Below the pieces are notes generated by a model. It did not search any database and was not told the origin of the DNA. It saw only the letters and a list, made by a program, of their open reading frames with translations. Positions 55,705 through 64,000 of a stretch of DNA of 64,000 nt are shown in pieces. Both the position numbers and the translations under genes were made by a program. The number at the start of each line of letters is the position of its first letter. Positions within the stretch are counted from its first letter, which is position 1. The stretch comes from an uncultured Gemmatimonadales bacterium (GTDB taxonomy: Bacteria > Gemmatimonadota > Gemmatimonadetes > Longimicrobiales > RSA9), in contig CAWCRS010000003.1 in assembly GCA_963798085.1 (NCBI GenBank), positions 640,001 to 704,000 on the forward strand, read 5' to 3'.

Positions 55705-55845
55705 GCATAACGTTCATTGATTCACGACGCGCCGAGAGCCGAGCGAAGCCCGGCGCAGGCGTGTCCAACGCCTTTCCCAATCTACACCTATCCCAGCCCG
55801 GGTTGGCACAGCCGAAGGCTGCGCCGGGTGAATCTGGTGTTAGCG
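55705..55845 (-). other. attC site
   Basis: Plus strand GCATAAC-7nt-GATTCAC...GTGAATC-TGGT-GTTAGCG. Its R' (GTTATGC) is the exact complement of the next cassette's R'' (GCATAAC at 53676). Confidence 0.85.
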
Positions 55846-55942
55846 GCCGTGCGTCCGTGCCTGAATACACGTGGTTCTGTGGCGAAGCGGGCATCACCAC
55901 GCACCCGCCTTGGCGGGCCGACCGGTTGTCTCCTCTCAGCAG

Positions 55943-56957
55943 CTAATTGCAGGGCCATACACCCCCGCGTAGCACAACGCCTGCTTCCCGAAGGTAGCTG
56001 TTGCGGCTCGTGGACCATCGCCGGTCAATGCCACTCCTGTCGAGCAATTCGCCGTGCAGGTTCGATACGAATCGGTCAAGCAGGATCGTCAGATACATTA
56101 GGAGGTGAGCAACCGCGCGTGGCGCGGTTGCGAGGGCGCCCGCCGAGACAGGAACGGCCGATTCGAATCTATCGATTACGTCGTTAATCTCTAGAACCCT
56201 GTCAGTGTCCAGCGTACCAGATTCGCCCAAGCCGCCCAGACCGCCTGACCGCATCATAGCCGAACCCCGGACGATAGTTTATGGCATTGCGTATGGCGCT
56301 CGGCCATTCGCGACCGAGGATGTCGCCTGACCGCTTGATTGCGCGAAATGCGCGTTCCTCACCGGCTGAGCCGGTTCCGCTTGGGTACTTCTGAAGCCAC
56401 TCAGTACAGATATCAAACCACGCCCTCCAGACGTTGTCGTGGAGCCTGCCGTGCGCCTTTCGCAAGGAGATCTCTCTCGCGGTAGCGCCGACGCTCGTCC
56501 CGCAGTTGACCCGGTAGGTACCTGACCCGGCCTTCCGCCCAGCGGCTCCGGCTGCCGCCAGGACTCGGCTAACGTCCGCGTCTACGAACCACGCAGTCCT
56601 ACCGATAAGACGCGTCGCGGCGAGCACCAAGAAGAAGGCCCAATAGTACCAAGTGATCACAAGCCACGCCGGACTCCAAGTACCACCGCTACTCTGCGCG
56701 CGCCAAAGGAACACTTGGTGCTCAGCTGCGTGGTCAAGCAGGTACTCCGCATTCCCGATGAGAGCCGAGCCGAACTCCATCGCTGGCACAACGAGCGTGT
56801 ACCCTTTGCTCGATGATGCGCTAACGGTAAAGTATCCCGCTTGCGTCCACGAGCCAAGCGTGTTGGGTCGCCCGAACGTGTGCGAAACGCCGATCGGGAT
56901 TGCATCCAGCGCGAGCGACCTTGCCTCTTGCCAGACGTTGCCCTTGGGGAAGCTCAA
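55943..56957 (-). CDS. hypothetical, HEPN-like protein (frameshift near 56230)
   Basis: ITWYYWAF, GRLHDNVW and IRNAINY motifs; continues in ORF 55943-56257; overlaps the DGQHR gene stop. Confidence 0.65.
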
Positions 56958-57972
56958 AGCATTGCCTCGGAGATCGGAGTCCCTTTGCGGAGAGCGGCGT
57001 GAAACAGTGCAACTATTCCGCGCTTGGTGAGGGTGGCGCGTCCGGTGATTCCAGAACTGAGGTCAAGGCGTGCAAGTGGTCGGACTACCATTTGTATATC
57101 GGCCTGCTTGGCACTGCCGCGTTGATTTATCGCGGTCCGGACAACTTCATCGAGCACTTCAAACATGGCCTCAAAGAACGCCGCCTTTGTGAGATTGCGC
57201 TTATCGATGAGTTCGGCGTCGAAAGCATTGAGATAGTTCAAGATGAGTTTGAACCGCATGTCAGGGTCAACATCCAAAAGAACACCACTGTCAAGGATCT
57301 GCGACAACGCGCGATTGAACGTAACGCGCGAGATCTTTCCGCTGAGCGATCTCGCTGCACTCAGGCGGCCCGCAAGGGGGGATCGGGGATGCTTCTGGAG
57401 CTTGTCGAAGTACTCCCGGAGGATCTGTTCCTTCGCGCTTTCGATTTCTGCGACTTGCTTGATATCGAGAAGCAAGGCGGCCGGTACTCCACGCTGAGTC
57501 GTGTTAATATCGATGAAGAGTTTTGCCTCCTCAGTGCGCGAGAGACCGTCGTATATGGCTACTGGAACGCGATGACGAACCGAGCACTTTTGATAACCCC
57601 AGAGCCTGTGCTGACCATTGATTACGAGAAAGGCTCCCTGCACTCTTGCAAAGGATAAGGACTTGGTCCGGCGGGCGTACGAGAACTCGGCCACATTTGG
57701 GCGGATAGGACGATGTTGCTCGGAATCGATCCAGAACCCGCTGCCAGGTAGGCGGCGATGTCATTTGCGCGCGTCTCGTTCAACGCTCTCTGAAATCCAG
57801 TTGCGGGATCGTCATCACGACGGGAAACGAAGCAACTTGGAAAAAGATCATCCACGGGGATCGTGGCAAAATAAAAGCGGTGGCGATTCTGTGTCATGAG
57901 CAGCGCTGGATACGAGATCGGCCTTCGCACACGCCGGCTCGCTGCTTTGGCAGTAGGTTTCTTGGATGACAT
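56954..57972 (-). CDS. DGQHR (DndB/ParB-like) domain protein (frameshift near 57695)
   Basis: GFQRAL, IPSNIVL, VINGQHRL and LFIDINTTQRGV motifs. Confidence 0.85.
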
Positions 57973-58108
57973 GGCAACGTGCCTTATCCTTGGGAATTAC
58001 TGATGGTGACGCCCCGGTCTCAGGACGGCTGTCACAGCACCTGGCAATCGGAGCGCCGTAATCTGAGGCCACCTGGGCACTAATGCAAGCTACAAGGACC
58101 AATGGCCG

Positions 58109-59547
58109 CTTCTATGGACTGTCTGCTGTCAAGCCCCACGCTTCAAGCGACACGATTCCGTTCAGTGCTGTTCACACTGTTCCAGCGAACGGCTCGACGT
58201 CGGCGGCTTCGTGAGTTTGTGCGGCAGGCTGCGCCGTCACGCCCTTCTATCCGTGCCGGCCGCAAGGGAGCCGGTCACCCTCTACTGCATGCGCGCGATC
58301 CACTCGTGCGCCCTGGAAGCCGCTGTCGGGATGGGCTCCATTTAACGTACGGTTTCCTCATGGGAGAACCACCCGCCATAACGAGCTCCACCTCTCGACG
58401 TCGTCTGTCAAACAGCGGTGCTTGCTTCCGATCAGGCCGTACGCAGCTTCGCGCCTTCCGGTACCACGCCCGCATCCGCATAGCGCCAGAGCGCAATCAG
58501 CAGCTTGCGCGCCAGTGCCACAATGCCGATCCGCCGCATGCGTTTCCCGCCATGACCGAAGCGCGCTTCGTACCAGCGGCTCAGCTGACTTCGCGGCTGG
58601 AAGCGCAGCCAGCACCAGGCAATCTCGATCGCCATCGCCCGGACCTGCCGGTTCCCCGCCTTGGTGATCCCCAGCTCGTGGTCCATCTCGCCGCTCTTGT
58701 GCGGCGTACCCACCAGTCCCGCCAGCGCTCCCACCTGACGTCGATTGCGGAACTGTCGCCAACTGAAGAATTCCATGCTGAAGGTCCAGGCACTGTTCAA
58801 GCCGATCGCTTTCAATGATCCCAGGCGACGCACCATTGTGTACGCGGGCTCACTCGACGTGCGGAGCAGTCGCCGCCGCTCCGCTTCCACTCGCCGGATC
58901 TGCTGCTTCACCAGCAACACTCGCTCCCACTCCCGCTCCAGCCGTGCCCGCAGGGCCGCAGGGAGCTTCGTCCGGTTCCAGAGCCGCGCACGGCTCAAGC
59001 GTGCGAGAAAGTCCGTGACCAGCTCGAGCCGCAACCCCTGACTGGCCAGCAGTCCCTTTCGGTTCGTCAGCCGCGTCTGCTCGTGCTTCAGCGTTTCCAG
59101 CTCCCGGTGCAGCTGCCGCCGGTCTTCCTCTTCCACACTCGGAACCTGCACCACGCTCCAGGTGCGCACCTCTCCGCCACAGTACTCCACCAGCATGCGC
59201 AGCAGCTTCGTCAGATCCACACGGTCCGTCTTCACTCGCCGCCGCCCTGTCCGCACCTCGAAGCTCGTCGCATCCACCACCAGACTTCTCACTCCGTTCG
59301 CCTCCATAAACCGGTGCAGCCAGAATCCCTCACGTCCCGCTTCGTAGCAGCACACCACCTTCGCATCGCTCTTCAGACTGAAGCGCCGCTTCGCACGTGC
59401 CACTTCCTCCAGAAGCGCTTCTCTGTCCCGTGCCTCGATCACTCGCTCGCGTACCGGTTGCGCCGGCGCCGTCTTGAACCCCAGATTCCACTTCGACTGG
59501 CCGATCTCGATCGCCATGTAGCTGCTGGCCGGCTTGGAACCACGCAC
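58109..59547 (-). mobile_element. IS110-family element: transposase 58432-59547 plus 3' non-coding end
   Basis: AIEIG, CYEAG, KTDRVD, GLVGTPHKSG, ITKAGN and VALARKL motifs. The right end reads CTTGACAGCAGACAGTCCATAGAAG; the left end appears missing. Confidence 0.9.
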
Positions 59548-59551
59548 CCGC

Positions 59552-60466
59552 TCATTCGCTCACTTGGAAGTAATCGGAGTCGAGCCGCTTGAGCTCGTAC
59601 GCTTGAACGCGGGCAACGCCAATGTCATGATCGATCATGAGCCCTGCCAGCGCCTGACCATCGACTAGTACAATCTTGCTGTCGATGTTGGCCGCGTACT
59701 GCGTGGCATCTGCCGTGAACGATGAACTGGTGATAAAAATCCCCTTTCGAGCGCGAACACCCTGCAGTGCGCCCGCGAACTTCTGGATTTCAGGTCGACC
59801 TACCGTCCCTTCCCAGCGCTTTGCCTGAACGTAAATAGTGTCCAGACCGAGGCGATCCTCCTTGATGATTCCGTCGATGCCGCCGTCGCCGCCACGGCCG
59901 ACCGCCCGACCCGCGTCAGCTCTTGACCCGCCATAACCCATGGCAACGAGAAGCTCGACGACGAGGTTCTCAAAGAACGACGGCGGACAGATTCGAACTC
60001 GCTCGAGGAGGTCGGTCACAAGCTTGGTTCGAATCTGCTCGTAACCGTATTCGATGTGTTCCTCCGGAGTGAGGTCGTCAATTGGTGGCTTCGGGCGCGT
60101 AGGCTTGGCCGGCCCATCGCCGCGTCCTGCGCGGTAGCCAACGTATTCCGGGAACTGCTCAAGGGTCTTCATGCTGATGCGGCCAGGCGTACTGGCGAGA
60201 ACCTCACGGCCTCGCGCAGTGATCCGATAAACCGCTCGACGAGGTGATTCGATCAGGCCAGCCGCTTTGAGATGCGATTTTGCCCACGCGACCTTGTTGA
60301 CGAAGATGGTCTGCTTGCCACTGGGCAGGAGTTGAGCGCGCTCATCTGATGTCAGGGCGAATTGCTGGGCCAGCGCCTCGAGTGTTTCATCGTTGGGATG
60401 TTCCCGACCGTCCGCCATGTGCTCCAGCAGCGGCCGCATCAGCGTTTGAAAGTCAGGAATCGGCAT
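59552..60466 (-). CDS. mrr: Mrr restriction endonuclease (type IV)
   Basis: MPIPDFQTLMRPLL Mrr_N; GDGGIDG, YVQAKRW and KGIFITSS motifs. Confidence 0.93.
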   Translation of the reverse strand: MPIPDFQTLMRPLLEHMADGREHPNDETLEALAQQFALTSDERAQLLPSGKQTIFVNKVAWAKSHLKAAGLIESPRRAVYRITARGREVLASTPGRISMKTLEQFPEYVGYRAGRGDGPAKPTRPKPPIDDLTPEEHIEYGYEQIRTKLVTDLLERVRICPPSFFENLVVELLVAMGYGGSRADAGRAVGRGGDGGIDGIIKEDRLGLDTIYVQAKRWEGTVGRPEIQKFAGALQGVRARKGIFITSSSFTADATQYAANIDSKIVLVDGQALAGLMIDHDIGVARVQAYELKRLDSDYFQVSE

Positions 60467-60994
60467 TGTGATCAGGGGTTGAGCTTGTGCGCGTAACGAT
60501 ACAGCCTCGGGCGTGCGCGGGCCAGTTGCGCCTACACCAAAACTCTGAACGTCGTCAACCGGAGAACACACCGCCGATCGTGCCCGCCCTCGCCCAACAG
60601 CATTGAACCCTGTCTCACGTAGCTCGTCGCCAACATGCCACCGAACCGCCCATGCCTTCAACTTCTCAGTAACGCACACGCACAATGGATATTGACCGCC
60701 CTGGCCCGCCCAATTCCCTTCCCCGGCCCGTTCCGCCGTTGCCCGGCAGTAACCCTCCCATCACCCCCGGCCGGCTCGGCGGACAAGACGGCACGACCTG
60801 CCGCGGACCCGCACCGGCGCGCCCGCCGAAACGGCGAAGTCAATCCTCGGCACGACTCTGCCCACTGGAACGCGCTCGCCCGCTCACAATGGCTCGGACC
60901 GCGCTTCGTCGTCTGAAACCGTGACAGCCCGCATTTGCGAATACCGCACTGACCGCCTCCAAGCCGAGTCCGCCGCGCGCAATGAGCAGAACGC

Positions 60995-62701
60995 TCAAAC
61001 GACAGAGAGAGCACGCGCGCGGCGCTCGACGCGGTCGAGTAAAGCCAGCTCGGCCGCAATGGCCTCTGCGCCTTCGCTCCACAGTTCGCGCGCTCGATCG
61101 AGCGCGAGGGTAGCGGCGTCCAGGGTCGAGCGCAGTGCCTCGCGCACCTCACCCGCGAGGCGGCGACGGCTCTCCAGCACGCGATCATCGAAATCGTTGC
61201 GGATGCGGGTGGCATTCACTTCGATCAGGCGCTGCAGCAGTTGCGGCATGCTGCGCTGCAGGGAGCGGCGCAGGGAGGCGGTGCCACGCAGGCGGTCGCG
61301 CAGTGCGGTCATGCGCAGCGGCGCGGAGCCGGGCTCGAGCTCGGTGAAATAGTAGCGTGGGGCCGTGCGCAGTGCGGCATCCGCATCGAGCGGCGGTGAC
61401 AGGGCGTCTGCTTGCACGGCGCCACTGGCCGCGAGCCGCTGGATGAACGGGTTGGCGCAGGCGACGAGGCGATCGGCCAGCTCCGCGTACAGGGCCTCGA
61501 CTGCCGGGGCTTCTTCCACGAACCAGGTCTCCACCGAGCGGCGGGCAATGGCGCGGGCCTCCATAACGCTCTGTTTGCGCAGCTGCGGTCCGGCGGCCCG
61601 GTCGAACCAGTGCTGGAATGCCTGCTGCGCGGCGGGTACGGCGTGTTGCAGGAAGGCGTTGCGGCGGCGGTCCAGCTGTGCGCTGACGCGCTCGTGTTCG
61701 GCCGCGAAGCGGTGGGTCAGGTGCAACAGGTCCTGTTCCGCGTCGCGCACGATCTGCTGCAGCATCTCCAGACGCTGCTGCGAGGCGGCGACCGGCTGTA
61801 CCAGCGCGGCGCGTCGAGCGCCGATCGCAGCCAGCACCTGGCCGGCGAGTCGTCGCACACCCTGCGTTGCCGCGCGGCGCACGAGTGCGCTGCCGGCTGC
61901 GTCGCGCAGCGACGTGAGCTGCTGCACCAGCCGGTCCCAGTCGCGGGGCGGACCGCGCTGCTGCAAGCGCTCGCGGGCACTGACGTGCAGCACGGGGCCG
62001 GGGCGGCGGCCCAGCCGTCGCTCGAGTTCGCGAACAGCGAAGTTCGCAGCGACCTCGCGCTCCTCGCTCTCGTGGCGGTCCGCCTTGTTGAGCACCAGGA
62101 TCAACTGGTCGACGCGCTGTGCCACCTCCTCGATGAGATCCAGTTCCTCACCGGAGAGCGGTGGGTCCGTGCCGATGACAATGAGCGCCACATCGATATG
62201 CGGCAGGAACGCGCGTGTGGTGCGGGTGTTGATCGGGATGACGGAGCCGAGGCCGGGCGTGTCCACCAGGCAGAGGCCGTTCTCGAGAATGGGCGAGGGC
62301 AGCTCGACGAGCACCCTGTCGACCGCCTTGCGGTTGCCGGGGTTGCGCTCTTCCGCGACGAAATCGGCGATGGCGTTCAGCTCGATCTGCGCCGGTGGGC
62401 CGTCGGCATACTGCACCATTGCGCGCGGCTGTGGGCCCCACGCCAGAATCGTGGTCGCGGTGGTGACGGGGGTGATGCCGGTGGGCAGCACGTCCGTGCC
62501 GGCGAGTGCGTTCAGCAGTGTGGACTTGCCGCGCTTGAACTGACCGATGCAGGCGACATGGAAGCGGCCGGCAAGGACGCGCTCTTCCAGTTGTGCGATG
62601 TCGCGGCTGACGCGATCGAGTCCGAGCTGGCTGGCGAGGCTGGCGAGTTCTGCGAGGCGAGCGTCGCGCACGGTGCTGGCGCTGGCAGTGTCGCCTGGCA
62701 T
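60995..62701 (-). CDS. dynamin family GTPase
   Basis: GQFKRGKST, DTPGLG and LNKAD motifs; helical stalk. Confidence 0.9.
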   Translation of the reverse strand: MPGDTASASTVRDARLAELASLASQLGLDRVSRDIAQLEERVLAGRFHVACIGQFKRGKSTLLNALAGTDVLPTGITPVTTATTILAWGPQPRAMVQYADGPPAQIELNAIADFVAEERNPGNRKAVDRVLVELPSPILENGLCLVDTPGLGSVIPINTRTTRAFLPHIDVALIVIGTDPPLSGEELDLIEEVAQRVDQLILVLNKADRHESEEREVAANFAVRELERRLGRRPGPVLHVSARERLQQRGPPRDWDRLVQQLTSLRDAAGSALVRRAATQGVRRLAGQVLAAIGARRAALVQPVAASQQRLEMLQQIVRDAEQDLLHLTHRFAAEHERVSAQLDRRRNAFLQHAVPAAQQAFQHWFDRAAGPQLRKQSVMEARAIARRSVETWFVEEAPAVEALYAELADRLVACANPFIQRLAASGAVQADALSPPLDADAALRTAPRYYFTELEPGSAPLRMTALRDRLRGTASLRRSLQRSMPQLLQRLIEVNATRIRNDFDDRVLESRRRLAGEVREALRSTLDAATLALDRARELWSEGAEAIAAELALLDRVERRARALSVV

Positions 62702-62705
62702 CCGT

Positions 62706-63110
62706 TCACTCGTCCGTGGGAGTGACCTCGAGGTATGCGGCGGCGCGCTGCACGCGCATGAGCCGGTCGGCCAGATCCTCGACCGCGGGCTCGAGCAGCG
62801 CCGCGGCCTCGGGATGGACCTGGCCCCAGCCGCGCAGGGCGCGCGGCCCGCAATCGAGCACGGTGGCCCACCAGCTGGAGGCCCAGGCCTGCAGCCGGCG
62901 CCGCGGATCGGGTGGATCGGTCTGCACCGAGATGCCCAGCCGATCCGCCAGCGCGCGCGTTTCCGCGGAGAGCGCGCGCAGCTGCGCGGCCAGTGCGGCG
63001 GCTTCATAACCGCGTGTTTGGAATTCGTCGGCCATCCGCTCGGCCTCGCGGACGAGACCCGCGAAGCACACGCGCAGGTGACGGTTCTGGCCCTCGGTCA
63101 GCGGGATCAT
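62706..63110 (-). CDS. hypothetical helical protein
   Basis: 134-aa ORF translationally coupled to the DUF190 gene; PRALRGWG motif. Confidence 0.7.
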   Translation of the reverse strand: MIPLTEGQNRHLRVCFAGLVREAERMADEFQTRGYEAAALAAQLRALSAETRALADRLGISVQTDPPDPRRRLQAWASSWWATVLDCGPRALRGWGQVHPEAAALLEPAVEDLADRLMRVQRAAAYLEVTPTDE

Positions 63111-63526
63111 GCGGGTTCGGGCGGACTCTCCGATTCCGCGGACTCGAGGCCCTCGATGCGGTGCTGCCAGCGCTCATCCTCGGGCACGTCGTGCGGCCGG
63201 TAGAGGATGACGTGGGCGCGCTCGAGCGTGACCAGGCCGCCATCGATCATGGTGTCGAGATCGGGCAGGACCCGGGTGATCTCATCCTCACGCGCCACGA
63301 CCTCCACGATGATGGGCAGGTCGAGCGAGAGGCGGAGGATGCGGTCCGTGTGCATGCGCGCGTGCGCGCCGAAACCGGCGATACCGCGCAGCACGGTGGC
63401 GCCGGGAAAGCCGCGCTTGCGCAGCAGCTCGACCAGCGCTTCGTACAGCGGCCTGCCGTGATAACGGTCGCGTTCGCCAATGAAGATGCGCATCAGCGTG
63501 CGCTCGCCCTTGAACGTGTGTGTCAT
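63107..63526 (-). CDS. DUF190 (PII-like) protein
   Basis: LMRIFIGE...GATVLRGIAGFG...LSLDLPIIVEVV. Confidence 0.92.
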   Translation of the reverse strand: MTHTFKGERTLMRIFIGERDRYHGRPLYEALVELLRKRGFPGATVLRGIAGFGAHARMHTDRILRLSLDLPIIVEVVAREDEITRVLPDLDTMIDGGLVTLERAHVILYRPHDVPEDERWQHRIEGLESAESESPPEPA

Positions 63527-63528
63527 GG

Positions 63529-63909
63529 CTATCCTCTCAGCGCCAGGACCGAGGCGGCGATGCGAAAACCCAGCAGTGTTCCATACAGACTGATCAGCAC
63601 GCTGCCGCCCATGTACAGCAGTGCACGGGAGAACTGCCCGCCCTGCAGCAGGCGGATCGATTCGTAGCTGAAGGTGCTGAAGGTGGTGTAGGCGCCGCAG
63701 AAGCCGATCGCCAGGAATCCCCGCCATTCCGGCCTCGCCGCGAGCGATTCCAGCAGCTGTATGAGAAACGCCAGCAGGATGGAGCCGGTGATGTTGATGA
63801 TGAGCGTGCCCCACGGGAAACCGGAACCGAGTCGTTGCTGCGCCCAGCCGCCCAGTCCGTACCTCGCCACGGCTCCGAGCGCGCCGCCCAACGCGATGGC
63901 AAAGAGCAT
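63529..63909 (-). CDS. crcB: fluoride efflux channel Fluc
   Basis: GGALGAVARY, FPWGTLIIN and GFCGAYTTFSTF motifs. Confidence 0.96.
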   Translation of the reverse strand: MLFAIALGGALGAVARYGLGGWAQQRLGSGFPWGTLIINITGSILLAFLIQLLESLAARPEWRGFLAIGFCGAYTTFSTFSYESIRLLQGGQFSRALLYMGGSVLISLYGTLLGFRIAASVLALRG

Positions 63910-63959
63910 TTCCTCCCACTCCGGATGAAGAAAACCTCCCCGGGCGAGCGTGCCCGCGG

Positions 63960-64000
63960 GAGGAGTCATCAGCGGCCTGCAGCGGCCACGGTTCAGGCGA
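63960..64000 (-). ncRNA. fluoride (crcB) riboswitch, 3' part
   Basis: Minus strand TCGCC-TGAACCG-...-GCTGATGACTCCT matches the aptamer consensus upstream of crcB; the 5' end is beyond the window. Confidence 0.85.

Noticed and set aside
55943..57972. Dnd phosphorothioation system
   Set aside because: Only a DGQHR-domain gene is present; no dndACDE.
60685..60924. Integron integrase
   Set aside because: Short Pro-rich ORF without tyrosine recombinase motifs.

Overview
High-GC bacterial window. The gene content (PadR plus ADOP-type permease, CarboxypepD_reg proteins, DUF305-LVIVD pair, Gly/Arg-rich linkers) suggests Gemmatimonadota; this is an inference. Many single-base frameshifts are probably long-read errors. 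1-44 kb is mostly core or envelope genes: kynB-like cyclase, M42 peptidase, ispH, L,D-transpeptidase, a Wzx/Wzy polysaccharide cluster bracketed by an HPr-kinase-like gene and an NTP_transf_5 gene, a TonB receptor with a barrel-cupredoxin gene, DHOR cytochrome, PPIase, a Gly-rich Ig lipoprotein and carbonic anhydrase. A ~33-bp REP/REPIN-like inverted repeat family occurs at three intergenic loci. The most notable part is ~48.4-60.7 kb, a lower-GC, minus-strand integron cassette array with no intI in the window (CALIN-like). It has three intact and one decayed long attC sites. The cassettes look defence-related: Mrr, DGQHR plus HEPN-like, receiver plus soluble Cys-rich histidine kinase, a membrane-anchored dCTP deaminase-like protein, a hypothetical, and DUF3644/HEPN. 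Two IS481-family copies each start exactly 2 bp outside an attC R'' box, and IS110 right ends sit at the two cassette junctions that lack attC. A VapBC45-like TA pair precedes the array. The window ends with a fluoride riboswitch-crcB-DUF190-hypothetical-dynamin operon.
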